In this document: one piece after another, positions 18,580 through 37,461 of the stretch
How positions within the stretch are numbered: the first letter of the stretch is position 1
Layout of the letters: every line of letters starts with the position of its first letter
The notes under the pieces: model-generated
What the model was told of the DNA's origin: nothing
Databases searched by the model: none
The model's input: the letters and a program-made list of their open reading frames with translations, nothing else
DNA from: Eledone cirrhosa
Taxonomy: Eukaryota
Length of the DNA: 64,000 nt
NCBI GenBank assembly: GCA_964016885.1
Contig: CAXHJY010001555.1
Coordinates: 1-64,000, forward strand
Direction: 5' to 3'
Program-made: the position numbers and the translations under genes

Positions 18580-20192
18580 TTATGTAATATTCTGCTTGTA
18601 GTGGGAAAAAAGGGTTTTAGTTCTGTGACGGCAGAATAATGTTCGTTCAATTCTGTTATTCAGCAGTTTCTTCTTGTGTGTGATTATGTAATAAATCTCA
18701 AGATTACACAATTTGCAGAAATTTTGGCTCCTGGAAAAGCTCTGGGTTTTAGCTAATTTTTCCCATTTTAGGGTAAACTTTTGATTGCTATCCCTGAGCG
18801 TCCAAGCTTTTTCTGCTAAAGTTGTTACATTTCTTTGGCTCTGGTGTTTTATTGAGTAAGAATGCCTATACAATCGAGATTTAAACGATGTTGCCGTTGA
18901 TCCCACGTAATACCACTCGTTGCCTCCGGATTTAATGGTACACTTATAAATAATATTTTTTTCCAGGCAGTTATTGCCGAGGGGGCAGTTGTCAGGATAG
19001 GTGCAGTTACAGTTGTGTACGTTGGGTTTTCTCTGGAGTAGTATTGCGGACGAACTTAGGTGTGGTTTATTTATGTTCTGTAGTGTATTGTCTACTGTTT
19101 TTTGGGGGTTCTTTGTACTTAAGTTCTTAGTGTTTTCGTTTAACCTTCTAGTATTGATCTTTTTTATGTGTTGTTCAAGGTTTAACGCTGTAGAGTATGA
19201 CAGTCTTATAGTGGTAGGGTTTAGGATTTTGTGGTATTTGTGTGATGTGGGAAAATGTCTTTTAATTATTTTAAAGAAGAGTACTGGTAAATTTGTACTA
19301 ATGGAGCTATTGTATTCGGGGTTATACCATAAGTACTCTTTGCATCGCTTTCTATTAGTTTTGTTTGTTGGTTTACTGGTGTGCATACTATGGTAGTAAG
19401 TGTGGTTTGGTGTTGTGTTATTATATCTACCTATGTGGGATTTATTTTGGGTGTTTTGATTGTTCCCATCTATGTACTCTATTTTGTTGAGGTAGCCTGC
19501 TTTACTAAGGGCGTTATCGTAGTACTCGGCGTGTTCCTTAAATACTTGTATGTTAGAAGATAGACCCGAGATTCTAAGGGAAATATTTTTAGGGATAGAT
19601 TTAATTATAGAGATGGGGTGGTTAGACCCAACATTTACGTATTTGAGATTTTCATTCAATTTATGAAACGGTTTAATCAAACCAGAGTTTAAATTGAGTG
19701 TGACATCCAGGAAGTTAACTACTTTAAGGTTGTATTCATATGTTATAGTTAGTCCTATTTCGAGTAGTAGTTTTCTTATATCTTTGCGTAGTTTTTCTAG
19801 TTTTTGGTTATTAAGGTTTTTAGCTAGGAGGAGAACATCGTCGCGGTATATTCCGTCGTGGAGATTGCTGAATTTTTCCTGGAGTCTAAAGGCGATAAAT
19901 AACCCCACAATATCAGTTATTTCCGCCGAATCGTTAGAGCCCATTGTTATGTCAAAGTTAGAGGGTCTATCTTTACGTACCCAATAACTGTTCTCAAATT
20001 TGACTATAGATTTCCTAGCTTCTAATATAATCTTAATTTCATCGTTTGTAAGGTCGGAGTTATCCTTAGCAAACTTAATGGCTCTATTCAAAGTTTCAGG
20101 TGATATCGATGAGTAATATTCATCGATATCAAACTGGATAAACTTAGATTTATTCTTATTGCTAATGCTATTAAACCATCTTATTGCTTCTT
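18580..20192 (-). CDS. PLE reverse transcriptase plus C-terminal GIY-YIG endonuclease (N-terminus lost; about 537 uninterrupted codons)
   Basis: Motifs FDIDEYYSSI, MGSNDSAEITD, GIYRDD, VNFLDVTL, SNHP; linker CNCTYPDNC (CxCx5C); IIYKC..YYVGST..FKSR..H; CKLC; LLN; CRH. The first ~38 aa of the 575-aa ORF call come from the inverted pLTR. Confidence 0.93.
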
Positions 20193-20528
20193 GAGGTGTG
20201 CAAATATATTTGTGCAAATATATTTGTGTGTGAATGCGTGGGTGAAAGAATACGTACACTTGAAAGAAAAATTTAAGTCTGAATGTTAAGTGCAAACACA
20301 AAACCAACCACGCATATCTTTACTATCTCTAATCCTTCTATAGATTTAGAAAAATAACCAATAATATATTCTATAAAAAATGTCAAAACAACAGATGGGA
20401 ATCTAATTAATCACTGCCACCAAGAATTCTCACTGCTATCGAAAAACCACTCCTTCAACTATTCTTCTAACAACTTCACCCCTTCCTCCTAATATTCTCT
20501 ATAAAAACTAAATAGGTCCTCAGTAATA

Positions 20529-20645
20529 TTATTCTGATGAAATGACAGTAAACAATAACATTGAAATATTGAATGTCTGCATAACTAAAAGTTTGTAGAT
20601 AGCTGTTTTAGGTTATGTAACTGTTATAGAAACACGTGTCAATAA
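20529..20645 (+). ncRNA. Hammerhead with expanded (88 nt) stem II domain
   Basis: TTATT-CTGATGA-a ATGACAGT...ACTGTTAT a-GAAA CACGTG TC-AATAA: stem I TTATT/AATAA, palindromic stem III, GUC triplet. Confidence 0.78.
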
Positions 20646-20795
20646 ATTCCTTTCAACTAAACTGTATCCATTCAAATCTTTCTATTTTTCTCCGGATTAC
20701 TTTTGGAACTACAACTGGAACCGTCGAGCAAACTCTACGTGAGCTGATAATCTACTGTGTGTAATATTTATATTACAACACAACGGAAAAAACTG

Positions 20796-27848
<7,053 letters not shown>

Positions 27849-27964
27849 TTTAAGTTTGGTGGTTACTCCGGGTAGAAGTGCCCATTCCGCAATGTTAATC
27901 ATGATAAAATAGTAGGAAAGCACACGACATTAAGCAACTCTTCCATCATCTGGTTCTATGCTGG

Positions 27965-28160
27965 CAGTTAAAGTTCCTGGCAGGTGCTTATCCTGATTTC
28001 TGTGGCGTTAACCGACAGAGAATACAAGACACCAGTCCATCGCAAGGTTACCCCCATCCCCACCCCACCCACCTATTGCTCGTACTCATATTTAGCCAAG
28101 TATACGTGTTTTGCCCAAGAATACTACCAGTCGAAGAGCGTAACCCAGGGCCTTATGATC
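27965..28160 (-). mobile_element. Decayed V-domain-like SINE fragment
   Basis: ccagtccatcgcaaggttaccccc...gtgttttgcccaagaatac resembles the reverse complement of V-SINE bodies. Confidence 0.35.
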
Positions 28161-28527
28161 GTAAATTCAACAACCTTACTATTAGGGCACGCGCCACAAC
28201 TGACAATAATTGAAGCAATTCTTTATTTCTATAGTAAATAATTGTAACTCCTGCCACAGAAATATTACTTTAAATTTTATACATTTTTGATAAGTAATAC
28301 TATTACGTAGACGACTAAAATTTACGTTTTCGAAACACTTAATATGTTTGTTGTGATTTATAAGGAGAAAATATCTCATGCCACAAAAGCAGTGTTTTAA
28401 CATTTGGGAGTGTATATGTAGGAAATATTGCTTACTAGTAGACTTGTCTCGTCAAAAATGATGGCTATATCGTCGAATGTATTTCATTTCTGAAGTCCGG
28501 GTTTGCTATGCCATATATAACCGGATT

Positions 28528-28665
28528 AGGCGGCGAATTGACAGAGTTGTTAGAACGTTGGATAGAATATTTACGGTAGTCGTTTCTGCTTTCTGCTCTC
28601 TCAGTTCCAATCCCGCTGAGGCCAACTTTGATTTTCATCCGTTCCAGGTCGATAAAAAAACGTAC
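28528..28665 (+). mobile_element. Decayed tRNA-derived SINE (family A)
   Basis: ggcggcgaattgacag head, B-box-like gttccaatccc, body ttttcatcc..ggtcgataaaa. Confidence 0.6.
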
Positions 28666-29652
28666 TTTCTATATATCTTTCCTATGTCCATTCTTTCACT
28701 CTTTCTCTTTCTCTGGAAAAACATCTTCTATATTCTGACCTGGAGAAAAGATGGGCTATGCCAAACTTAGATGGTCAAGAAACGCCGTATGCTACTACAG
28801 TGCCCTAACGATCCCATCAGGAGTTATGAGACCATATTATATCATTCATATTGTTACTTTATTTTATCGACGCAGGAAGAATAAAAGGCAGAGGAACCGG
28901 ATAAAATGCTCCTACGATTCTATCCTGAATTACGGGACGATACAATACCCTATTCCCGGATTACCGGCATATGAACATTCATACGATCAGGGAAATTTGT
29001 ATTTTCTTCAATTAGTAATTCATATAACAAAAAATCATAGTTTACTATGTTGATAACACGTGGAAATGATTAAAAGAAACCGGGAGGCAATTGTTACGAC
29101 TATCAGAGAACGACGAGATATTTTCTAGAATTTGAAAACAATTTTTAAATAATATCTTACGATAGCTACTAAGATGTTTCATTCTGTTAGACCTTACCAA
29201 TAAAGTATAGTTTAACCAAACTTATCAGCTTACGTTGATTTTGAATACAAAAAATTCCAGAGAGTGATTCATGAGGGCACATTATACAGGTGAAATCGAA
29301 TAGAGCGACCATGTCTATAGTTGGGCTTTACCTTCAAATAGAGACAGAAATTATTAAACTTTCCTTCCTCTAACGATCTAAATTAATTTATCAGAAAACC
29401 CGGTAATCCGAAAAGATATCAAAATAGAAGTTCAGGTAAAGTCCGGGTAAAAATCCAGTTCCAGGGTGAAAATCCAATGTAGGAATCCAACGAATGTTTC
29501 CGAAACTATTTTCCTTCACAATCTTTTTATTCAGTTATGCTAAAGATGATTTGGTTATTGTTTACAGACATTATTATATTATGTTATATAATATTTATTT
29601 TAAAACACTTAATCATATTTTATTTTCCTTTTATTTTTATTGTTGTAAATAT

Positions 29653-29860
29653 GGCGGTGGATTGGCAATATCGGTAGAGCGTCGGATAACATGCTTTGCG
29701 TCATATAGCTACGGAAATTTACGTTCTGAGTTCAAATACCGCCGAGATTAGCTTTGCCTTTCATCTTTATGGGGTCGATAAAATAAAGCACGGGTGTCTA
29801 TTTAATCCACTTTTCCCCTCTCCAAAATTGTTGGCTTTTTGCCTAAATCAGAAGCTATTA
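29653..29860 (+). mobile_element. tRNA-derived SINE (family A)
   Basis: Head ggcggtggattggcaata, B box gttcaaata, body gcctttcatctttatggggtcgataaaataaag. Confidence 0.75.
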
Positions 29861-30297
29861 TATAGGCATTTATAATTTTTCCCCGTTTTATCATTATCTT
29901 TTCTAAATTTTGAACATTATAGCAAATGTTTGTGATAGTATTTGTAAAACTTTATTTTTAAAACAAATGCTAACATTCTACCACATATTTAGTGTGTCAA
30001 CTTCACTTTTATCCTTCAGTTATTCGTAAGCCCAGTAAAAAAAACTCGGAAGGTCAGGCTTCCAACCAGGCTCTGTGATACCTTTTCAGCACGCACCCTC
30101 TCGTATATTATACTTCATTGTATGGAAAGATGTCAATGATTAGAAACGGTGGAAAAGACGTGAAGTAGAATGAAAGAAATTAGGAGAAATAGGTTAAAAC
30201 TTTATGATATGTAGTTTTATATATAGAAACCCATATTTGTATGTATGTATGCATGTATGGATAAGTACATGTATATGTAAACATTAATATATTGAAA

Positions 30298-30477
30298 GGG
30301 CGGTGGATTGGCAGTATCAGTCGGACGCCATGCTTTAACGCATAGAGTTACGTCCCTTGCCATTATGAGTTCAAATCCCGCTGAGGTTAACTTTGCCTTT
30401 CATCCTTACGGGGTCGATAAAATAAAGTACCAGTAATACACTGGGTAATTGCTGGCCTTGTGCCGAAAGTAGAAACA
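30298..30477 (+). mobile_element. Full tRNA-derived SINE (family A) with 15-bp target-site duplication
   Basis: TSD attaatatattgaaa at 30283-30297 and 30478-30492. B box GTTCAAATCCC. Central gcctttcatccttacggggtcgataaaataaagtaccag (Meta-domain-like). Confidence 0.88.
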
Positions 30478-30688
30478 ATTAATATATTGAAATATCGTAT
30501 TCCACCGAACAGGAATTTCGAGACTAGAAATAGGTAGTAAGGTAACCACTATCATGCTAGTCGATTATCGATCTTCCACAATCTTAGAAACGATCCAGAG
30601 ACGATCGTAAAAAGATGAACTAATTAACTGTCTACCTGCAAATTCTGTCTTGTTTTCTTTGACCTAAACAGAAACACACACGCACACG

Positions 30689-30758
<70 letters not shown>

Positions 30759-30787
30759 CACACACATATACATGTATACGCATATAA

Positions 30788-30819
<32 letters not shown>

Positions 30820-31341
30820 GTGCATTCATCTATGAGTGTCTATGTGTGTGTCTTCATCTATGAGTAACAATGTGCCTATATGTGTGTGCATTCATCTATA
30901 ATATGTATGAGTCTATCTGTGTGTGCATTTACATCTCCGATACGAAATGCGCATCATTTATGTGCACAGCAATTATTTTCGCTGCATGTCTTACAAACTG
31001 AATACAATGGGACTACAATACATTCTAAAATATCATTCGTTTCTAACAGTATCAATAAAAAAAATAATTAAAGAAACATCACTGAGAGATGATTGTATGT
31101 CTAATATGAGAATTGCCACAGTAAGAAAGAATTGCGTAAAATATAAAGATAGAGAATAATATAATTGCACTATAATTGAAATAACAATACATTGAATAGG
31201 AAAGAATATATCACTGCCTTTATGTACGAGAATAACATGGCATGTATTGCAACTATTCATAAATTTATATCTGACAGCGTTCGAAAAATAATTAACAAAG
31301 CTCAAGAAATGAATTGTACTTGTATAATAGTATATCATTAT

Positions 31342-31396
<55 letters not shown>

Positions 31397-31399
<3 letters not shown>

Positions 31400-31421
31400 G
31401 AGATAGAGAGAGGGGGAGAGG

Positions 31422-31502
<81 letters not shown>
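31397..31502. repeat. (GA)n microsatellite preceded by (TA)n
   Basis: Direct reading. Confidence 0.9.
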
Positions 31503-31504
<2 letters not shown>

Positions 31505-31751
31505 CTGACATGCTGAATATCGGAATAAACAAGTTAAAAGAAAACTGAACTAAAGAAAACTGAAGAAAATTATTAAATATTTCAAGATAAATAAATATTC
31601 AAGATTTTATTTATTTTTATATTGTGAAATACCATTTTATTGTTATTTGGTTAAACATACAGAAAAAAGACACCATTGGAATGGACTATAAATACCATAA
31701 ACATCTTCCGATTACCGAATGCTGAAGATGGCGCATTATTGCACCACTTCT

Positions 31752-31939
31752 AGTAGGGCGGTAGATTGGCAGTATCGGTAGAGGTCGGACGCCATGCTTT
31801 CCAGCATAGTTACGTCCCTTTACAATCTGAGTTCAAATCCCGCCGAGGTTGACTTTGCCTTTCATCCTTACGGGGTCGATAAAATAAAGTACCAGTAATG
31901 CATTGGGTAATTGCTGGCCTTGTGCCTAAAGTAGAAACA
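31752..31939 (+). mobile_element. Full tRNA-derived SINE (family A) with 17-bp target-site duplication
   Basis: TSD attattgcaccacttct at 31735-31751 and 31940-31956. Same body as 30298-30477. Confidence 0.9.
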
Positions 31940-31956
31940 ATTATTGCACCACTTCT

Positions 31957-32500
31957 TGCAATTATTGCATTTAATTTAGCCTCCTGCTTTCCATCACTTG
32001 TGAACTCGGCCTCGAGATACTTGAGGTTTTTACCTTGTTTCAGTGGAATTATATTCACATGTAGAGCACACTGCGCAGGCTTCTCTGAGAGGACGTGTGT
32101 TTTTAGTTTCCGTAATTTCTCAAAGACCTGCCACAGTGTGATTATTTGCCTGGCTATGCTGCGTCTGGGGTTAAAACCACACTTTTCATCAGCTAGAGCT
32201 TGGACTCGACAATCTCTCTGCCTCTCTTTGCCAGGCACTTAGTATAGAATTTACCGGGGAGGCTTAACAAGGAGATCCTTCTGTAATTGGAACTATCTCT
32301 CTTGTCTCCCATTTTGAAAATTGGGATTTTCATTCCCAATTTCCCTTGCTTAGGTCTCTTTCCAGAGATCCAGGCCACCCGGCACATATGAGTCAGCCAG
32401 AGAATACATTCCTATTTAAGGCTTTAATATCTCGGACCTGATTACACATTCTCTTTCTCCCTTTTTGAAAATTGGTATTATCATTCCCGATTGCCGAGGA
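31957..32500 (-). mobile_element. Rearranged RTE-like non-LTR reverse transcriptase fragments
   Basis: IPIFKMGDKRDSSNYRRISLLSLPGKFYTKCL..REIVESKL, DEKCGF..RS..QI.TL.Q.FEK and KYLE.EFTSDG are typical LINE RT segments. There are internal deletions. Confidence 0.75.
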
Positions 32501-33039
32501 TATGTGTCCGTGTGTTTGAAGGCGCACGTCTTAGTGAGGTTGTGAGTTCGATTCCCGGACCGGGCAATGCGTTTCAACGTCCTCAGTTTGATCGGGGTGT
32601 TCTCTGAATATGGATTCAAAAGTATCTGCATATCTGGTCCTGATCTCCTTATACACCAACGCTTCCCACTTTATCCTGTAGGTCGACGTTTGCGTTAACT
32701 TTATTTTACCGTCCATTCCGCATTGTCTTAGCCTTCTTAAGCATTTCATTTTCTACATTATATTTCTAGAACGTTTCCTTTCTAAAGTACAATTCTAGGC
32801 AACGTGTGTTTGTGGAAGACCAGCAGTCATCCATGCATACCAGTCGACCCTCTCCCCACCACCGATGTCGTCCAAGGGAAACACAATGACCGAGACAGCT
32901 TGGCACCAGTGAGGTGGCAACTCTTTTCTACAACTGAGTAAACTGGAGCAACATGAAATAAAGTGTTTTACTCCCGGTTCGGAAATCGAACTCACACCCT
33001 CAATAATCCACACACAAACACAAACACACATACACACAC

Positions 33040-33072
<33 letters not shown>

Positions 33073-33074
33073 CC

Positions 33075-34390
33075 CATTCCATTCGCATGGCTTCCTGCTT
33101 CATCAAGCGTGAATATCCCCTCACCCTGATCCAAGCTGCTCACACCCGCGCCCATGAAACAGACTACACCACAGCCCACTCACCTCACCCCCGCCCTCCC
33201 AACACCCGCGTTCCTTTCCCTCTCACCTATCACCCCATCACCCTACCACTCCGGCGACATATCCTCCGTTCCTTCCGCATCCCCTCTTCTGACCCCCTCA
33301 CTTCTCGCTTTTTTCCAAACCCACCCATTACTGCTTTTAAGCGCGCCCGCAACCTCCGCGACCTCCTGGTTCGCAGTTGCTTTTTCTTCCTCTCCCACGA
33401 CTCCACCCGGCTCTCATCCTTGTTCCCGTTGCAACACTTGTCCCTTCATTTGCACCCTCACCACTCTTACAGGCCCTAACGGATCTTTCCGTATCCGGCA
33501 CTCTTTCACCTGTACATCCACCAACGTTGTCTATGCCCTCCGGTGTTCCCTTTGCGGGACTTTATATATAGGTCAAACGGGACGCCGTATGGCGGACCGT
33601 TTTGCCGAGCATTTGAGGGACATACGACTCGGGTTGGATACTCCTGTCGCCCGTCATTTCTGTTCTCCTGGTCATTCTTCCTTTCATGTTTTAGTCCTGA
33701 ATGTCCTTTTATATCATGGATCATATGCCTCGCGCACTAGGACTGAACAAAGTCTGATTCAACGCCTTGGATCCTATTCCCCCCTTGGACTCAACTCATC
33801 TCCCCAATTCCTCTATTACCCCGTCCATTATCACATCCCTAGATTCCTATCGCTTTCTCTTGATCATTAACATATTCTCTTACAACTAATACAGTCCAAC
33901 TATATATGCTCACACCACTTTTCTCTTCACTGCTCTGTATACACACAGACACACCCTTATATTAACATACTTTTGCTCATTGCTTCGTACTTACATGCAC
34001 ACTCACTCTTTTACTCACATATGCACACACATTTCTTCTTAGCTTCGTACGGACGTATAACACACACACACACACACACGTGCACAATATAGCTCTTTTT
34101 ACAAAACGTTTTTTTTTTATTTCTAAAAAATAAATCATACACAAAACGCCAGCACAAAACGCCAGTATTGCAAGAGATGTCAACATGAATGGATCTGTTA
34201 TTTTTATCTAGACACTTTTTTTCCAATTCAACCCGCCCGTCCCCTCTATCTTATTTCTCATTCTTTCTTCTGATGAAGGACTAGTGTCCGAAACGTTAAA
34301 ACTCTCTTCCTGCTATATCAAGCGTTAACCGAATATATTCCTTCCATATACTGTACCGATTATATTGTTATTTTTGTTTACCTTTTGCAT
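33075..34390 (+). mobile_element. 5'-truncated Neptune-like PLE (thumb/linker, Zn finger, GIY-YIG, 3' pLTR)
   Basis: Two frames joined by a frameshift near 33385: RVPFPLTYHP..AFKRARNLRDLLVRS and PCSRCNTC..FTCTSTNVVYALRCSLCGTLYIGQTGRR..RFAEH..PVARHF..LGSYSPLGLN. A hammerhead lies downstream. Both ends abut (TA)n. Confidence 0.9.
34266..34301 (+). ncRNA. Minimal type I hammerhead (Neptune pLTR)
   Basis: tctt-CTGATGA-A-GGAC(tagt)GTCC-GAAACGTT-aaaa, with palindromic AACGTT and an imperfect stem I. Confidence 0.8.
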
Positions 34391-35694
34391 ATATATATAT
34401 ATACAATACATATATAATTTAAAGTGATTAAGTGTCATTAACTACTTATCCGATAATTAATGTTTGTATTTTTGTAAAACATTTTCGAAAAAATTCACTA
34501 AAATTTAAATTTGAGAGAAGCCACAGAAGACCAAGAAAGATAAAGGAATACCAAGGAAGACAATAGACGTGGACATTAGTAGTGACAGATGGTTTTTTAA
34601 AAAGCATTCTCCAACATTTCCCTTAATATTTTCTTTCAAATTACATTTTTTGTAATATGCTTTTCAATTCAAAGAATTTAAAGAAAGGCTTTGAAAAAAT
34701 GTGAGAAAATTCTTGGGAAAGAGTTCATTTTGACTAAAATATTTGAGAAAGTGTTTATGAAAATTTTAAATGGTGGTTTTAGGAAACGTTTTGGACACTT
34801 TTCAGGAAAATTTTGATGATAATTTTAATGTTTGAGTTTTGAAAAAAAAAAAAAAAAAAAATTCTTGAAACATTTTTGAAAAATCTTGTGAAGATTTCTG
34901 AAAAATTGGGAGAAAAACTTTTGAGACAATATAACAATTTTTTTTTTTTGCACGTTACAAATTTTACTTTCGCATAACCTGAACAACCATTTTGTTCTTT
35001 GTTTTCCTTCTCACACCTCGGCACCAACTCCACCACATCCTCATTATCGCTTCTATCATCACCTCCAATATGATAACTGAAAGAAATGTGCCTGTATCTG
35101 CTCAAGATATGTTTATCAGTTAATGCACGTGTTGAATCCCAAACCTCTATTGGGACTTAATGATTGCGAACTAAACCTTTTAACAATTTAGTCATCCTAC
35201 GTTTAGTACCTACGCACATGACATGCAAACAAGTAGTTGAAAGAAAACGAGATTGCATAACATGCAAGCTTTTCTGCCGCAAAAAAAAAAAAAGAAAAAA
35301 ATCAACATCGGATCACGAACAGAGTATATTAAACTCTTTTCTATTATAAAACAACTTGATAACCTTACTCATGAATTACACGCTATCAAATGCTCAAGAG
35401 ATCAATGGAATGTAAAATACGATCGAAATATGTCGCTTTGTCAAGCATAGATTTGTGAAAACCAATTATTATCATTCTACTACGAATGTCGCAACTATTG
35501 CAACATACTTCATAAAATAAATTTTCGACTGCACAGAATAAGTATATCCTGTTATACATTACACAGACATCAGTAAGATTATACATGAAAATAGCACTTG
35601 TAGCTTTAACATTTGTGATCGAAGAAAAATGAATAACGAAAAACGAGAAATGGAATACAAAAACAACAAAAATGCAATAGTAAAAGCTACTTAC

Positions 35695-35854
35695 AGAACA
35701 AGCATCTTGACCTTTCTGACCAACCAATATATATAGTTGAGTTCCTTCAGTAAGTTGAAAGTATCCTGCTACGAATGCAGCTAAGTAGTCTTTCTCATGT
35801 GACTGATGTAGTGGTTTTATTGCTCTCCCACCTTGGGCCCCAAGAGCCAAGATG
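35695..35854 (-). CDS. ALK: Internal coding exon of an ALK/LTK-family receptor tyrosine kinase (glycine-rich extracellular domain)
   Basis: The minus strand reads ...catttcAG|c ATC TTG GCT...TGT TCT|GTAAGT: 160 bp, 1 nt plus 53 codons, encoding ILALGAQGGRAIKPLHQSHEKDYLAAFVAGYFQLTEGTQLYILVGQKGQDACS. This resembles ALK ISGYGAAGG...LYILVGQQGEDACP. Splice sites are canonical. Confidence 0.9.
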
Positions 35855-35912
35855 CTGAAATGATATATATGAAAAGATGGATAGGCAAATCTCAGTCAAA
35901 CGTAGTTTTTGC

Positions 35913-35953
<41 letters not shown>

Positions 35954-36039
35954 TAATTTAATATATCTACTAACATAAGCGCACAGATGTACGCTAATGC
36001 CAGCAAATACACAGGTTATGTCATAGTAACTAGGTGGTT

Positions 36040-36130
36040 CGACACGGCTATTCGACGGTTATTTCTGGACTTCAGAAATAGCCGTCTAAACGGCTTGAGC
36101 TATGCTGTCGGGGTCATACATTTTCCTATA
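36040..36130. mobile_element. Decayed copy of the palindromic MITE at 42360-42506
   Basis: Shares cgacggttatttctgga..cagaaatagccgtc..aaacggcttgagct..gtcggggtcatac. Confidence 0.6.
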
Positions 36131-36336
36131 TATATATTCAAAATTATTTAAACAAAATCAATCTACTTTCATTAAAAACAATTTTTAATTACTTACAATT
36201 GTTTCACGTAGACAGTGAAAATAGCTTCATTCCGAGGCTGGAAGTATAAGTCTGTCTTTACTCTCCTTTGTGAAATGATCGTATAGTTTTACATTTTATA
36301 TATATATATATATATATAATATATATATATATATTG

Positions 36337-36371
<35 letters not shown>

Positions 36372-36447
36372 TATATATATATATATATATATAGTTATAT
36401 ATATATATATATATATATAGTTATATATATATATATATATATATAGT

Positions 36448-36479
<32 letters not shown>

Positions 36480-36642
36480 TATATATATATATATATATTG
36501 TTATATATATATATATTGTTATACCAAGTAAAACAATATTTGTTTCGACACACGATTTCATATCAAAAACCTCGCAAAATTATATATATATATATAAACT
36601 AAAATAAATAAGTCAAATATTTAAAATTTGGCTTCGTTTATT

Positions 36643-36697
36643 ACTGCTATATATATTTCGGTGACAGCCATCTTTGGCTGTGACCACTTCAGGCAGT
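36643..36697 (-). ncRNA. Type I hammerhead with A9U variant core and (AU)n stem III
   Basis: ACTGC-CTGAAGT-GGTCACAGCC(aaagat)GGCTGTCACC-GAAATATATATA-GCAGT. Confidence 0.72.
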
Positions 36698-37150
36698 CCG
36701 AATTAGTGTGGTAGAGACAAGTACACATGTTGTTGAGGTGTTTAACTTTGTCAATACTCTGATATGCCCAGTTTCTGGTTGGGTTGTTGTTTCTATGAGG
36801 AACTGGAATCATATGAATTTAAACAACCGAATTTCAACGTCAAAGGACATCCTCTCCTCCCATTGGTCAGTTGTGAGAACATTCCTCGGTCAAAAGTCTA
36901 TAGAAATTTGTTCTGCGGCGAGACAATCTGTAGTCGTTGTTTTTGTTATTGTTAAGTACATCTGACCTCTACCCTTATGTTGGTAGTGGTGTTGGTGCTG
37001 GTGTCAGACTTAAGTCCTGGTGCTGTTGATTTTAGAAGGGTGTGTGTGTGTGTGTTGGTATCTATCCTGCCACCATTTCTGGTGGTGGTGGTGGTGGTGG
37101 GGTGGGGGTGCCAAGCATATGAAGAAATAAAAGGCAATATATATATTTGA

Positions 37151-37193
<43 letters not shown>

Positions 37194-37344
37194 CATTTGT
37201 ATTCCAATGTTACTAAGTAGTTGCATTGGATGGAGTCAACCGACGTCGGAGATTGCTCAACGTATAATAAAGTGTGTTTTAAAATCCGGAGAAAATATGG
37301 AGAAGAAGTTTATGAAACGGAAATGCGGGTATAAAGAATCTATT

Positions 37345-37461
37345 AGGTAACAATTGTTTCTATAGTGTATGGGTTACCTATACCTCGCTATTTGAATAAT
37401 ATAAAAATATTATCATAAACCGAAGGTACACTGCAAGCAAACACACCATGTCGTCAGACCT
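37345..37461 (-). ncRNA. Hammerhead with expanded (about 90 nt) stem II domain
   Basis: Mirror of 39943-40059 with a few substitutions. The CTGACGA core is intact. Confidence 0.75.

Larger units (their letters stand above)
17475..20795 (-). mobile_element. Young 5'-truncated Penelope-like element (probably Hydra clade) with inverted pLTR
   Basis: RT plus GIY-YIG ORF. 17475-17951 is mirrored at 20193-20684 with a 14-bp duplication (gcaaatatatttgt) at the junction. The inverted copy extends about 110 nt further. Both ends lie in (TA)n. Confidence 0.93.

Noticed and set aside
20193-20307. N-terminal ~38 aa of the 575-aa ORF
   Set aside because: This is antisense read-through of the inverted pLTR (same peptide as ORF 17851..18309), not a real start.
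28890-29500. Scattered CCGG-rich motifs with a short inverted match (ccggattaccgg / ccggtaatccg)
   Set aside because: Too short and degenerate to define element boundaries.
31723-31751. CTGAAGA followed by a hairpin, as a possible hammerhead
   Set aside because: There is no GAAA after the stem even when the SINE and one TSD are removed.
34979-35105. Candidate next ALK exon
   Set aside because: No poly-glycine/ATYVF motif in any frame; it looks like decayed GAT/GGT repeats.
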